Of a DNA stretch of 64,000 nucleotides, positions 1 to 9,532 are shown piece by piece. The notes under the pieces are model-generated. The model did no database searches, had not been told where the DNA came from, and was given only the letters and a program-made list of their open reading frames with translations. Every line of letters starts with the position of its first letter. Positions within the stretch are counted from its first letter, which is position 1. The position numbers and the translations under genes were made by a program. The stretch covers positions 1,608 through 65,607 of the forward strand of contig CAIXBR010000122.1 in the NCBI GenBank assembly GCA_903917735.1. The letters are read 5' to 3'. Origin of the DNA: an uncultured Elusimicrobia bacterium. GTDB taxonomy: Bacteria; Elusimicrobiota; Elusimicrobia; Elusimicrobiales; UBA9959.

Positions 1-1661
1 GCGAGGATATCACCGAACTCACCACTTATTCCCAGTCCGTTCCGCCTGACCGGATAGAGCACGGCTATGTTAAGACGGACGTGCTGGAAGTGGAAGACCT
101 GTCCGGGCCGGGGCCGCAGAAGGACTGGCTGCTTAAGGCCGTGAACGGCGCGCGCGAACGCTACCCGCTGGGCGAAATAGCCATCCTTGTGGCCAAGAAC
201 AAGCGCATAGAGCCGGTGGTGGAATGGCTGACAGGGGCCGGCATACCGGTAGCCTCGCTGAGCTCGCTGGACATACGCAAGCGGAGGGTGGTGGCTGAAC
301 TTATAGCGTGCCTCAAGTTCCTTGAAACCCCTTCCGACAACCTCTCGTTCGCGGCTTTCCTCACGGGGGATATCTTTGGCAGGCTTACCGGGCTTAAGCG
401 CGAAGAAATGACGGAATTCATCTTCAACTCCCGCGCCAAGGCTCCCGGCGCCATCCTTTACGCCGAATTCCGCAACCACGCGGAGTATAAAAAATACTGG
501 GATAAATATCTGGACGAAGTCTTTCGCAAAGTGGGCTACCTGCCGCTGTACGAGCTGGTCTCGTTAATGTACTGCAACTTTAAAGTGTTCGGGAATTTCC
601 CGGACGAGGCCGCGTTCCTGGCCCGCTTCCTTGACGCCGTCACCTCGCTTGAGGCCGAGGGTGTCACAAGCCCCCGTTCTTTCATAGAATACGCCTCAGG
701 CGCGGACGAGGACAAGTCCAAAGTTTTCTCTATAGCCCTGCCCGAATATATCGACGCCGTGCGCGTGATGACCTTCCATAAATCCAAAGGCTTGGGCTTC
801 TCCGTTGTGATAAACCTGATGTACGAAGAGGCGGACCGCTCCGACCCCATGTATTTCGAGGAGAAAGACGGGGAAATACATGTCTACCACATAACCAAAG
901 CCGCGGCCGAACAGTCGGTGAAGCTCCGACCGGTTTACGAGGGACGGCGCACCGATTCAAACGTGCAGGACTTGAACGTCCTTTACGTCATTTCCACCCG
1001 CGCCCGCCACGAACTTTATAATCTGGTAATTAAGAAAACCCGCAAGACCGCGGTGAAAGAGCCCAGGCTGTCGGACCTCTTTGAAACCCTGGAAGCCGGC
1101 CATCCCGACGCTCATAAGCCTGAGCAGCGCAAGGCCTCGAAGCCGGTGGAGATAATTTCCGCGGCCGGGCGTCAGGAACAGCGCTTCGACGCGCTGAAGC
1201 CGACCTACGCCAGTTTCTTCGAAACCGCCGAAGGCGAACTGGTGCACGACCTGCTGTCCCGCTTTGTCGGGCTGCCGGAAGACCTGGAGCCTGAACTTTC
1301 CGTACGGTTCGACGAACTGGCTCCCAAGTATCCCTTTAAGTTCGACAAGGACGGGATGATAAAGGGCCTTGTCTCCTTCCTGAATAATTCCGATGTCACC
1401 CAGTTCTTTGCCGCCGCCCCCGGCCGCCAAGTGCTGGTGGAAGCTGAATTTATAGACAAGTCCGGCGCGCTGTTCCGTATGGACCGCGTCCTGCTGGACG
1501 CCGACTCCGTAACCGTAATAGACTTTAAAACCGGCCACGAGAACACCCAAAAGTACACCGCCCAGCTGAAGGGGTATCTCGCCATAATTGCAGAAGTATA
1601 CGGCAAACCCGCCAAGGCGTGCATCGCCTACGTAGACCTGAATAAGATCGTAAATATTTAG
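1..1661 (+). CDS. UvrD/AddA-family helicase-nuclease, C-terminal part (5' end lies outside the window)
   Basis: The frame of track ORF 81..1661 stays open back to nt 3, so the gene starts upstream of the window. UvrD-type helicase motifs (VMTFHKSKGLGFSVV; VLYVISTRARHEL) are followed by RecB/AddB-type PD-(D/E)XK nuclease motifs (VTVIDFKTG; YTAQLKGYL). Confidence 0.75.
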   Translation, partial: EDITELTTYSQSVPPDRIEHGYVKTDVLEVEDLSGPGPQKDWLLKAVNGARERYPLGEIAILVAKNKRIEPVVEWLTGAGIPVASLSSLDIRKRRVVAELIACLKFLETPSDNLSFAAFLTGDIFGRLTGLKREEMTEFIFNSRAKAPGAILYAEFRNHAEYKKYWDKYLDEVFRKVGYLPLYELVSLMYCNFKVFGNFPDEAAFLARFLDAVTSLEAEGVTSPRSFIEYASGADEDKSKVFSIALPEYIDAVRVMTFHKSKGLGFSVVINLMYEEADRSDPMYFEEKDGEIHVYHITKAAAEQSVKLRPVYEGRRTDSNVQDLNVLYVISTRARHELYNLVIKKTRKTAVKEPRLSDLFETLEAGHPDAHKPEQRKASKPVEIISAAGRQEQRFDALKPTYASFFETAEGELVHDLLSRFVGLPEDLEPELSVRFDELAPKYPFKFDKDGMIKGLVSFLNNSDVTQFFAAAPGRQVLVEAEFIDKSGALFRMDRVLLDADSVTVIDFKTGHENTQKYTAQLKGYLAIIAEVYGKPAKACIAYVDLNKIVNI

Positions 1662-1804
1662 TCCGTCGCGGGGCCGCTCCGGCAGTACGCTGGTAGTGTG
1701 GCGAGCATGGTCCTTTGCGCTACAAATATTTTGCCCGGCGCAGAAAAATTGACGGTTTCCGTCGGGAAATGCTTCACTCTCTTTACGCGGTCAGGGGAGA
1801 ATTA

Positions 1805-3310
1805 ATGAACAGCATGAAAAATATAGTTCTGAAATGCGCGGCGTTATTCCTTTTTATTATTGTGCTCGGGCGTGCCGCGGCCCCGGTGTACGCGCTGGAA
1901 CCTGCCGCGCCGCAGGTGACCGTTTCGGTGGACCCCCGCGTTGAGCTCATGGCCATCATCTTCCGGCTGGCCGGCAATAAAGAATATAACGATAGCTACA
2001 TACCGTCCTACGCGCGGGACGTGGACGAGCATTTTGCGCCGTTCAAAGACCATCCCGTGGTTAAACTGGCCGCCGAGCTTAAAAAAACGCGGGGCATCGG
2101 TTACGACGGCCCCATGACGCTGGCCATACACATTACGGATACGGTGTCCCTTGGCGAAAGGGTCCCTTTCTCCCCGCAGCCCGAAGCGCTGGATTCCAGG
2201 TGGACCCCTGCGAAGGCGCGCGAGTTCCTGGCCCTGGCGCGCGATTTCGTAAAGCTGACCGGGTTCAATGATTTTTACGCCCGGCATCAGCCTTTGTACG
2301 ACATAGCGGTACAGCGCATGCAGGCGGTGCTTGATAAGAACGCGCACCTGGAGTGGTTCGACAGCTTCTTTGGCCCCAGAACGGAGACGCATTTCCGGCT
2401 GGTGCTCGGCATGGTCAACGGCGGCAACAGCTATGGCCCCAAGATAGCGCTGCCGGACGGGCGCGAAGAGATGTATTCCGTGCTTGGCGTATGGAGAATT
2501 GACGCCCAAGGGCAGCCGGAGTTCGATCCGGGGGTTGTCTCAACTGTGGCGCACGAGTTCACCCACTCCTATGCCAATCCGATGGTGGACCGGTTCGCTA
2601 AAGGGCTGCGGGCTTCCGGAGAGAAGCTTTACGGCCTTGTGCCGCAGGAAATGGCCGCGCAGGCGTACAGCAACTGGAAGACCTTGATGTGCGAATCCTT
2701 AGTTCGTGCCTGCGTATTGCGTTACCAGCTGGATAACTACGGGCCTGAGGCCATGAATAAAGCGGCGAACTACGAGAACTCGCGCAGTTTCTACTGGGTT
2801 TCGGGATTGGCCGACCTGCTTGGCAAATACGAAGCCAAGCCCCGCGCGTATAAGGGCCTGCCCGAATTCTTTCCGCAGATAATAAACTACTTCAACGATT
2901 ATGCCAAGACCGCCGGCGCCACGATAGGGGCGATAAAGGCTAAAGCCAGGGCCGACCAGGAGAAGAGGAAAAAAGATATTCTGTCCTGGAGGGAGACCGG
3001 GCCGAAGATAGTCGCAATGGCGCCCGCCGACGGGGCTAGGGATGTCCCGCCGGACCTGAAAGCTATAGTTATTACATTTGACCGCCCGATGAGCCAGAGC
3101 TGGTCCGTAGTGGATTTAAGCTCTGGGCATTATCCTAAGACCACCGGAGCGGCCGGCTATGACGCCGCGCAGAAAGTTTTTACGCTGCCGGTAGAACTGC
3201 TGCCCGGAAAGGACTATGTTCTGGGCCTGAATAGCGAGGACTATAACAACTTCAAAAGCACGGGAAATATTCCGTTGTTTCCGGTAATATATAAATTTAA
3301 AACCAAATGA
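1805..3310 (+). CDS. Secreted HExxH putative metallopeptidase (DUF4932-like) with C-terminal Ig-like domain
   Basis: Track ORF 1715..3310. Start moved to ATG 1805: GGGGAG lies 5 nt upstream, and this start yields the signal peptide MNSMKNIVLKCAALFLFIIVLGRAAAPVYA. HExxH motif VAHEFTHSY. The C-terminal ~100 aa resemble an SbsA-type Ig-like domain (APADGARDVPPDLKAIVITFDRPM). A paralog lies at 39319..41091. Confidence 0.65.
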   Translation: MNSMKNIVLKCAALFLFIIVLGRAAAPVYALEPAAPQVTVSVDPRVELMAIIFRLAGNKEYNDSYIPSYARDVDEHFAPFKDHPVVKLAAELKKTRGIGYDGPMTLAIHITDTVSLGERVPFSPQPEALDSRWTPAKAREFLALARDFVKLTGFNDFYARHQPLYDIAVQRMQAVLDKNAHLEWFDSFFGPRTETHFRLVLGMVNGGNSYGPKIALPDGREEMYSVLGVWRIDAQGQPEFDPGVVSTVAHEFTHSYANPMVDRFAKGLRASGEKLYGLVPQEMAAQAYSNWKTLMCESLVRACVLRYQLDNYGPEAMNKAANYENSRSFYWVSGLADLLGKYEAKPRAYKGLPEFFPQIINYFNDYAKTAGATIGAIKAKARADQEKRKKDILSWRETGPKIVAMAPADGARDVPPDLKAIVITFDRPMSQSWSVVDLSSGHYPKTTGAAGYDAAQKVFTLPVELLPGKDYVLGLNSEDYNNFKSTGNIPLFPVIYKFKTK

Positions 3311-3342
3311 GTTCGGTAAATTCCTGGCAAGGGGAGAACAAC

Positions 3343-3597
3343 ATGGAACTGATGCCGTTTAAAAGAGTAGATACTTATGCTTTGTATAAGCTGAAGAGGT
3401 TCAGGGTACTGGATAATAAGTTCCTGGCCCGGTTGCATAAGGGGCTGCCTGAATGGGCCACACACGCTGTGCTGCAGTTCGGGGAACCTATAAAGAACGA
3501 GTGGCGGGTAACCGAACGCATCGATAAAAAGTACAACATGGCGGTTATTATTTTAGGCGGGGGGGGATTTGATAGAATCTGGGGGTTCAGGGTATAG
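3343..3597 (+). CDS. Hypothetical small protein
   Basis: Track ORF 3307..3597. ATG 3343 is preceded by GGGGAG at 6 nt. Lower G+C than the flanks. No recognisable motif. Confidence 0.3.
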   Translation: MELMPFKRVDTYALYKLKRFRVLDNKFLARLHKGLPEWATHAVLQFGEPIKNEWRVTERIDKKYNMAVIILGGGGFDRIWGFRV

Positions 3598-3694
3598 GAG
3601 TTATGGAAAAATTCAGATAGGCTGTGACCGTGCCGGGGCCGCCGTTCTATTCAGCCAGGGCGGCCGCTTGACGCGGTCCTGATAAGGGGGAGAT

Positions 3695-4009
3695 ATGGAA
3701 CTTGAAAAAATATCGGAATATGCGAAAGGGGATCTTGAAGAAATTGTGACCACGTACGTTTGGGAGCCAATAGACGAAAATGGCGAACGCCATGATGTAA
3801 CGCTAAGAATTGAGGTCAGGCGGAAAGTCAGCGGAAAGTATTATGCTATCCCGAGCCACCAGGCTGAAAGTCCTCAACAAGCCGCGCCGTATTTCACCAT
3901 GGATGAAAAAGATACGCCGGAAGACGCGTTATATTATTGTATCTCCGGGTTAAAAAAGCATATGAGAACAGCGGAAGAAACCCAATGGCCGCTGTTAAAG
4001 TGTAAATGA
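3695..4009 (+). CDS. Hypothetical protein (104 aa)
   Basis: SD-like AAGGGGGAG sits directly upstream of the ATG, and an intrinsic terminator follows. No recognisable domain. Confidence 0.5.
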   Translation: MELEKISEYAKGDLEEIVTTYVWEPIDENGERHDVTLRIEVRRKVSGKYYAIPSHQAESPQQAAPYFTMDEKDTPEDALYYCISGLKKHMRTAEETQWPLLKCK

Positions 4010-4037
4010 TGTAAAAAGGCGCCCTGCCGTCCGCCAG

Positions 4038-4066
4038 AACCGCCGGGCAATCCCGGCGGTTTTATT
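4038..4066 (+). terminator. Rho-independent terminator
   Basis: Stem AACCGCCGGG / CCCGGCGGTT with loop CAAT, followed by TTTATT. Confidence 0.6.
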
Positions 4067-4289
4067 CTGGCTGGATTTTAACCCGAAAATACGCCGGCCG
4101 CCTGACCCGGCGCCCCCGCAGGTTTTACTCGCCAACTTTAATTAAGAAAATGTATAGTTAAAATTGGCAGGCCGAACTTAATTGTAAATATAGGCCTGAA
4201 CGCAGGTCCTTGGCCTTGGGTTTCTGGAGCAACATGGCAAAAGTAATGACCTGGCCCATCCCAATAAATTTAAGGCTAACCGGAGAATT

Positions 4290-5669
4290 ATGATAAAAAC
4301 CGACTTAAAAGAATACGCGGAACTGCTGGGCGGCTACAGCGAGCTGCGCCTGCACGAGAACAGGAACACAAACGTGATGCTGATGAACGGGAACCTGGTG
4401 GGGAACGAGAACAGCTCCTCCGGCGGTCTGTCGGCCCGCGTTTACAAGAACGGGGCTTGGGGTTTCGCCTCTTCGCCCGGCGCTGAACTGGACACCGCCA
4501 AAAAAGTCATGGCAGCCGCCTCCCGGAACGCGGATTTCCTGGATTCACGCCTTAAGAAAGGCCTGCCGCCGCTGCCCGCCATGGCCGCGCATGGCATATA
4601 CGACCTTTCCACAAAGAAACCCCGCCGCTCCCAGAAAGAGCTGGTGGACTTTATCTCCGAGATAGACGGCTACATAGCCTCCAAATACAAAGGGCTGAAA
4701 GGCCGGCGCGTGCTGATAAAGAACCTGGACATGGAGAAAGCTTTCCTAAATTCCTACGGCTCTTCCTTCTATTCGGTGACGCCGCGCTCCGTGCTGATGG
4801 TCTTCCTGTTCGCCGAAAAGGACGGCGCGGTGGTGGACCACTGGGAGGACGTCAGCAGCGTGGGCCATTTCGAGGATGTTTTTACGGAACCCTCGGCGTT
4901 GTTCAACTGGGTGGACGGGGTATATGAGCGCCTGATGCAAAAAGTCTCCGGCATCTATCCCGAAGCCGGGCATAAGGAGTGCATACTGGACGCCAGCCTG
5001 GCCGGCATACTGGCCCACGAGGCCGTGGGCCACACGACCGAGGCCGACCTGGTGCTGGGAGGCTCTGTGGCCGGAGCCCTTATGGGCAAACCTGTGGCCA
5101 GCTCCATGGTGAACCTGACCGACTTCGCGCATACAGCCTTTGGAAAGCCCTGCCATATTCCCATCTACGTGGACGACGAGGGCGTGGAGGCCAAAGACGC
5201 CGTTATAATAAAGGACGGCGTGCTGACCTCCTATATGCACAACAGGGAATCGGCTGTGCATTACGGGGCGGCGCCCACCGGGAACGCCCGTGCCTCCGAA
5301 TTTTCGGATGAACCCATCATCCGCATGCGCAACACAGCCATACTGCCCGGCACGGACAGGCTGGAGGACATGGTGGCCTCGGTTGATGACGGCTATTACC
5401 TGGCCGGCTGGACCAACGGCCAGGCCGACGCCACCAGCGAGTTCACTTTCGGCGTGAAGTCCGGCTACGAGATAAAGAACGGCAAGTTCGCCAGGTCCCT
5501 GCGCGGCGCCACGGTCTCAGGTGTGGCCTTCGACCTGCTGAAGACCGTCACCATGCTCTCTTCGGAGATGAACTGGTCCGCGTTGGGCATGTGCGGAAAA
5601 AAACAGAGCATACCGGCCGCCATGGGCGGCCCCGCCGTAAAATGCGTGATGAACATAGGGGGGCGCTGA
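4290..5669 (+). CDS. tldD: TldD-family metalloprotease
   Basis: TldD-type HExxxH metal site (GILAHEAVGHTTEAD), the conserved C-terminal GGxxx core, and typical length. The partner PmbA gene starts 2 nt downstream. Confidence 0.85.
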   Translation: MIKTDLKEYAELLGGYSELRLHENRNTNVMLMNGNLVGNENSSSGGLSARVYKNGAWGFASSPGAELDTAKKVMAAASRNADFLDSRLKKGLPPLPAMAAHGIYDLSTKKPRRSQKELVDFISEIDGYIASKYKGLKGRRVLIKNLDMEKAFLNSYGSSFYSVTPRSVLMVFLFAEKDGAVVDHWEDVSSVGHFEDVFTEPSALFNWVDGVYERLMQKVSGIYPEAGHKECILDASLAGILAHEAVGHTTEADLVLGGSVAGALMGKPVASSMVNLTDFAHTAFGKPCHIPIYVDDEGVEAKDAVIIKDGVLTSYMHNRESAVHYGAAPTGNARASEFSDEPIIRMRNTAILPGTDRLEDMVASVDDGYYLAGWTNGQADATSEFTFGVKSGYEIKNGKFARSLRGATVSGVAFDLLKTVTMLSSEMNWSALGMCGKKQSIPAAMGGPAVKCVMNIGGR

Positions 5670-5670
5670 C

Positions 5671-6966
5671 ATGTCCGACAAGAACACCGCTTTATTCTGC
5701 CTTGAAAGCCTGAAGAAAGCCGGCGCCGACAAGGCCCAGTGCGTGCTGGTCAACACCGAGAAGAACGAGCTGAACGTGGACGCGGACAAGATCTCGCTGA
5801 TGCGCACCAGCTACAACACCAACATCAGGTTCACGGCCATAAAGGACGGCCGCAGGGGCTCTTCCTCCCTTAACGGCTTTCTGAAGCCGGATATCGAGCG
5901 CGTGGCAGCCTCGGCGGTAGAGAACGCCAAGGCCTCTCCCGCCGATCCGGCCTATGACATCGCGCCGCGCCAGCCGGCCAAGGTCTTCGACAATAAAATA
6001 GTGACGCCGGACCTGGACGCCATGTACGACAGGCTCTCCACGCTGCTGGCGCAAGCCCGCGTTAAGTATCCGCTGCTGAAGCTTTCGCAGGCCATACTCA
6101 ACTTCAACCGCAGAATGGAGTATTTCCTGAACTCGAACGGGGTGGATTTCACTTCCAATTCCGGGTATTACGACGCTTTCGTCTTCTTCCTGTCCCAGGA
6201 TGGTAAAAAGACCTCCTCGTTCAATTATTCCATGTACACGGCCAGGGACATGAAGAAAGAAATAATAGACACGGTCTCCATAGACACGCTGTTCCGCCAG
6301 TCGGCCGAGCAACTGAACACCAGGCCCCTGGAGGGCAAGTTCGAGGGGGAGATCATAGTCACCCCGGTCTGCTTAATAAACTTCCTGCAGTTCATCACCA
6401 CGATGGCCATACGCGACGCGTCCCTTATCTCCGGCAGCAGTGTTTATAAGGATAAACTCGGGAAGCAGATAGCTTCCCAGGCCTTTACCCTGCGCTCCAA
6501 GCCGGTCTCGGACGAGATAGTGGACGGCTATTACGTGACCCCGGACGGTTTCGAGGCCGAGAACACGACCATAATAGAGAAAGGCGTTCTGAAGACCTTC
6601 CTGCTTAGTCTATACGGCGCCAACAAGACCGGCCTGCCGCGCGTCTCCAACACAGCCGGCTGCGACGTGATAGAGCCGGGCGATAAAACGCTTGAAGAGC
6701 TGGCCGCCCCGATAAAGAAAGGCCTGCTGGTCGCGCGCGTGTCCGGCAATAATCCCACCGAGGGCGGGGACTTCTCAGGAGTGGCCAAGAACAGTTACTA
6801 CATAGAGAACGGCAAGATACTCTATCCCGTCAGCGAGACCATGATCTCCTGCAATATCCCCAAAATGTTCATGGACATAAAGGGCATATCCAGGGAGCGG
6901 GTGCATTTCGGCAATTCCGTCTACCCGTGGATCTCATTCGGCGGGGTGACGGTGTCCGGAAAATAA
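5671..6966 (+). CDS. pmbA: PmbA/TldE-family protein (TldD partner)
   Basis: PmbA_TldD-family layout without the HExxxH site. C-terminal GDFSGVAKNSYYIENGK-type motif. Translationally coupled to tldD. Confidence 0.8.
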   Translation: MSDKNTALFCLESLKKAGADKAQCVLVNTEKNELNVDADKISLMRTSYNTNIRFTAIKDGRRGSSSLNGFLKPDIERVAASAVENAKASPADPAYDIAPRQPAKVFDNKIVTPDLDAMYDRLSTLLAQARVKYPLLKLSQAILNFNRRMEYFLNSNGVDFTSNSGYYDAFVFFLSQDGKKTSSFNYSMYTARDMKKEIIDTVSIDTLFRQSAEQLNTRPLEGKFEGEIIVTPVCLINFLQFITTMAIRDASLISGSSVYKDKLGKQIASQAFTLRSKPVSDEIVDGYYVTPDGFEAENTTIIEKGVLKTFLLSLYGANKTGLPRVSNTAGCDVIEPGDKTLEELAAPIKKGLLVARVSGNNPTEGGDFSGVAKNSYYIENGKILYPVSETMISCNIPKMFMDIKGISRERVHFGNSVYPWISFGGVTVSGK

Positions 6967-6969
6967 AAT

Positions 6970-8004
6970 ATGGAGTTCAAGATAATAAAATTCGACTTTC
7001 AGAACGCCGCGCCGGAGGTGTGGGACGGCTATTTCCGGCACGCGGACGAGATGCAGTGCGAGCTGCACCCTGAGGACCCGCTGCTGCCCTGGGAAAAAAG
7101 AAAAGCGATGATGATTTCCGGCGAGGCTAACCCCTACAGCCGGGCCTGCAGGTTCCTGGCGTTCCCGGAGGACTCCACTGGAGTAGCGGCGGGTTTCGTT
7201 TCGGCAGTCGCTGAGACGCCGCTGTCCCCTTCGTATGAGACTAACCGGCAGACGGGCGATCTAAGCCTTTACGTTTCCCCCGGCTGCCGCAGCCAGGGCT
7301 TGGGTTCACTGCTGCTGAAGCGCGTTATAGAAGAACTGGCCGCCAGGGAAACTTCAGTAACCGAACTGCTTGCTCACGTGAACCTTGACTGCGGCCGGCG
7401 CTTTATTGAACGCCGCGGGGGAACGCTTTCCATCAAGTTCGCCGAGAACTGGCTTTACTTTAAAGAAGTGGATTGGCCCATGGTGGAAGCCTGGGCGGCG
7501 GAGGGAGAGCGTAAAAATCCCGGGATGGCCATAAAGACGGTGACCGCCATACCGCTGGACGATATAGAAGAGTACTGCGTTGTCTATGCCGAGACCATGA
7601 ACCAGCAGCCCATGGGCGACTTGGCTGTGCGCGCCAAATGCACTCCGGAACAGATACGGTTCGGTGAAAAGAAGAACCTGGAACAGGGCGTTACGCGCAC
7701 CACTATCTATTCAAAAGAAGGCGACGGACACATAAGCGGGCTTACGGAAATAGTTTATTTTAAAGAAGCCGGCCACAGGGTTAAGCAGCTGCTTACAGGG
7801 GTGCGCGAGCAATACAGGGGGCGGGGGCTCGGGAAACTCCTGAAGGCCAGGATGTTGCTGCATGTAAGGAAGGAATACCCGGAAGTGAAATACGTGCTGA
7901 CAGCCAACGCCGACTCGAACGGGGCGATGCTGGCCATAAACAATAAACTCGGCTTTAAAACAGACCTGCCTACAAAGGTGTATAAACTGAAAATTCAGGG
8001 ATGA
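6970..8004 (+). CDS. Two-domain GNAT N-acetyltransferase
   Basis: Two acetyl-CoA-binding Q/RxxGxG/A-like motifs (CRSQGLGSLLLKRV; YRGRGLGKLLKARM). Starts 4 nt after the pmbA stop. Confidence 0.7.
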   Translation: MEFKIIKFDFQNAAPEVWDGYFRHADEMQCELHPEDPLLPWEKRKAMMISGEANPYSRACRFLAFPEDSTGVAAGFVSAVAETPLSPSYETNRQTGDLSLYVSPGCRSQGLGSLLLKRVIEELAARETSVTELLAHVNLDCGRRFIERRGGTLSIKFAENWLYFKEVDWPMVEAWAAEGERKNPGMAIKTVTAIPLDDIEEYCVVYAETMNQQPMGDLAVRAKCTPEQIRFGEKKNLEQGVTRTTIYSKEGDGHISGLTEIVYFKEAGHRVKQLLTGVREQYRGRGLGKLLKARMLLHVRKEYPEVKYVLTANADSNGAMLAINNKLGFKTDLPTKVYKLKIQG

Positions 8005-8033
8005 CTGGTGTTTCTACGGAGGGGCATATACTT

Positions 8034-9500
8034 ATGAAGAGCAGGACTATCGCTAAGGTCGTAGGGGCATTTCTTGTCTTCTTGGCGGCGTTCATCTCGG
8101 CGGGCTATTTCACGCTGCCGGTGAACCGCATAAACATGCGCACCAGGCTGGTAATGCTGGGGGATTTCAACGGCGACAATAAATGGGACCAGCAGGACGC
8201 CGCGCTGCTCGCCTCGCTGGTGGCGGACCCGTTCTCCGCCCCGGAAGATGCCGCCTTTAAAGCCGACGTAAACCATAACGGACTGCTGGACGACGAGGAT
8301 ATATTTTTTCTTACGGAGCTCTACAAGACCGGCGACCCCTACAAGGCCCGGGACGAGTTCACCGCCGCAGGCAAGCCCTTCCCCTATCCGCGTGAATTCT
8401 TCCGCTATATCCCCCAGACCGAATACGTACAGCGCCCGGTCATAGCGCTGAAGCACAAGGCCGAGGACGCCTCGCCTCTAAAATTCCTTAAAGAAGTGCG
8501 CCTGGAGGCCGCAGCCGGCTACCAGTCCGAACTGCTGCACGAGATCTACAGCGAAGGCATAAGGTTCTCGCTGGCATACGCCAAAAGAGCTCCCGGTCTG
8601 TTGGCAAAGGAAAAGGAATACGGTGACGGCAAGATGGACCGGTGTGCGGCCCTGTGGAAGGCCGGGCGCGACTACGAGCTGCTGCTGGAGATCATGGGCC
8701 TTACCGAGGACGCCGAGACCCTTACCGTAAAAGGCCAGCCCTCTTTTGTGGCCCAGAGCCTGTATTTCAGGGACCACCTGCGCGAACTGCTGGAGTCGAA
8801 GCTGTATAAGGATTACACAGCCGGGAAAGTTCCCCCGGCAGAAGTTTTCAAGGTGATGGAAAAACACCTGCGGGAAGACATGCACATGCAGATGGACCTT
8901 GTAACGCTCGCTCCGCCGAGGGATTTCCTGGAATTGAAGAATTATGTGGATAGGGCGCGGTGGCAGTATTACAAGACCACGGCCAGCAGGAAGGACTTCA
9001 GGAAGCTGCTGCTTTTCGCCCAGTACGACAGGCGCTACCTGCGTGCCGTTGCGCGGACCACCCCCAAGATGGAGGACGCGCCGCTGGAGAATCACAACCT
9101 GCCCATGGTGCTGCTGTTCCGTGAAGCGCTGACCATAAAACGCGGCAACAAACTGGCCGCCGTGGGCCTTATAGACGAGGCGGTGCGCATACCTTTCGGG
9201 TGGCTCAAGTCCATCCCGGCCAAGAAGCTGCCGCCCTCCGTGGCTCTGGAGAATTTCCTGTTGCCCGGCAACAAAGAGGACGGCTCGGACAAGAGCCGGC
9301 ACTGGAACGTTTTCGGCGGGATAAGCCTTTATAAATCCCCAGAGGAATCCCTGCGGCTCGCTCTGGCGCGCGAGATCAAGGACTTCAGGGACGAAGGGAA
9401 AACGCCGCAGGCCATGAACGAATTCATCCGCGACACCATGGCCAACCTGAACGGCATCTACTACGTGGTGAGCATAAACCCGGACCTGCTCAGGAAATAA
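8034..9500 (+). CDS. Membrane-anchored protein with dockerin-like EF-hand repeat pair; the rest is unknown
   Basis: Track ORF 8001..9500. ATG 8034 has GGAGGGG 9 nt upstream. N-terminal TM helix (AKVVGAFLVFLAAFISAGYF). Two dockerin-type Ca-binding repeats (DFNGDNKWDQQDAALL; DVNHNGLLDDEDIFFL). Confidence 0.6.
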   Translation: MKSRTIAKVVGAFLVFLAAFISAGYFTLPVNRINMRTRLVMLGDFNGDNKWDQQDAALLASLVADPFSAPEDAAFKADVNHNGLLDDEDIFFLTELYKTGDPYKARDEFTAAGKPFPYPREFFRYIPQTEYVQRPVIALKHKAEDASPLKFLKEVRLEAAAGYQSELLHEIYSEGIRFSLAYAKRAPGLLAKEKEYGDGKMDRCAALWKAGRDYELLLEIMGLTEDAETLTVKGQPSFVAQSLYFRDHLRELLESKLYKDYTAGKVPPAEVFKVMEKHLREDMHMQMDLVTLAPPRDFLELKNYVDRARWQYYKTTASRKDFRKLLLFAQYDRRYLRAVARTTPKMEDAPLENHNLPMVLLFREALTIKRGNKLAAVGLIDEAVRIPFGWLKSIPAKKLPPSVALENFLLPGNKEDGSDKSRHWNVFGGISLYKSPEESLRLALAREIKDFRDEGKTPQAMNEFIRDTMANLNGIYYVVSINPDLLRK

Positions 9501-9532
9501 CGGTCGGGGTAAAGGTCCGGAATGGAAAAAAC

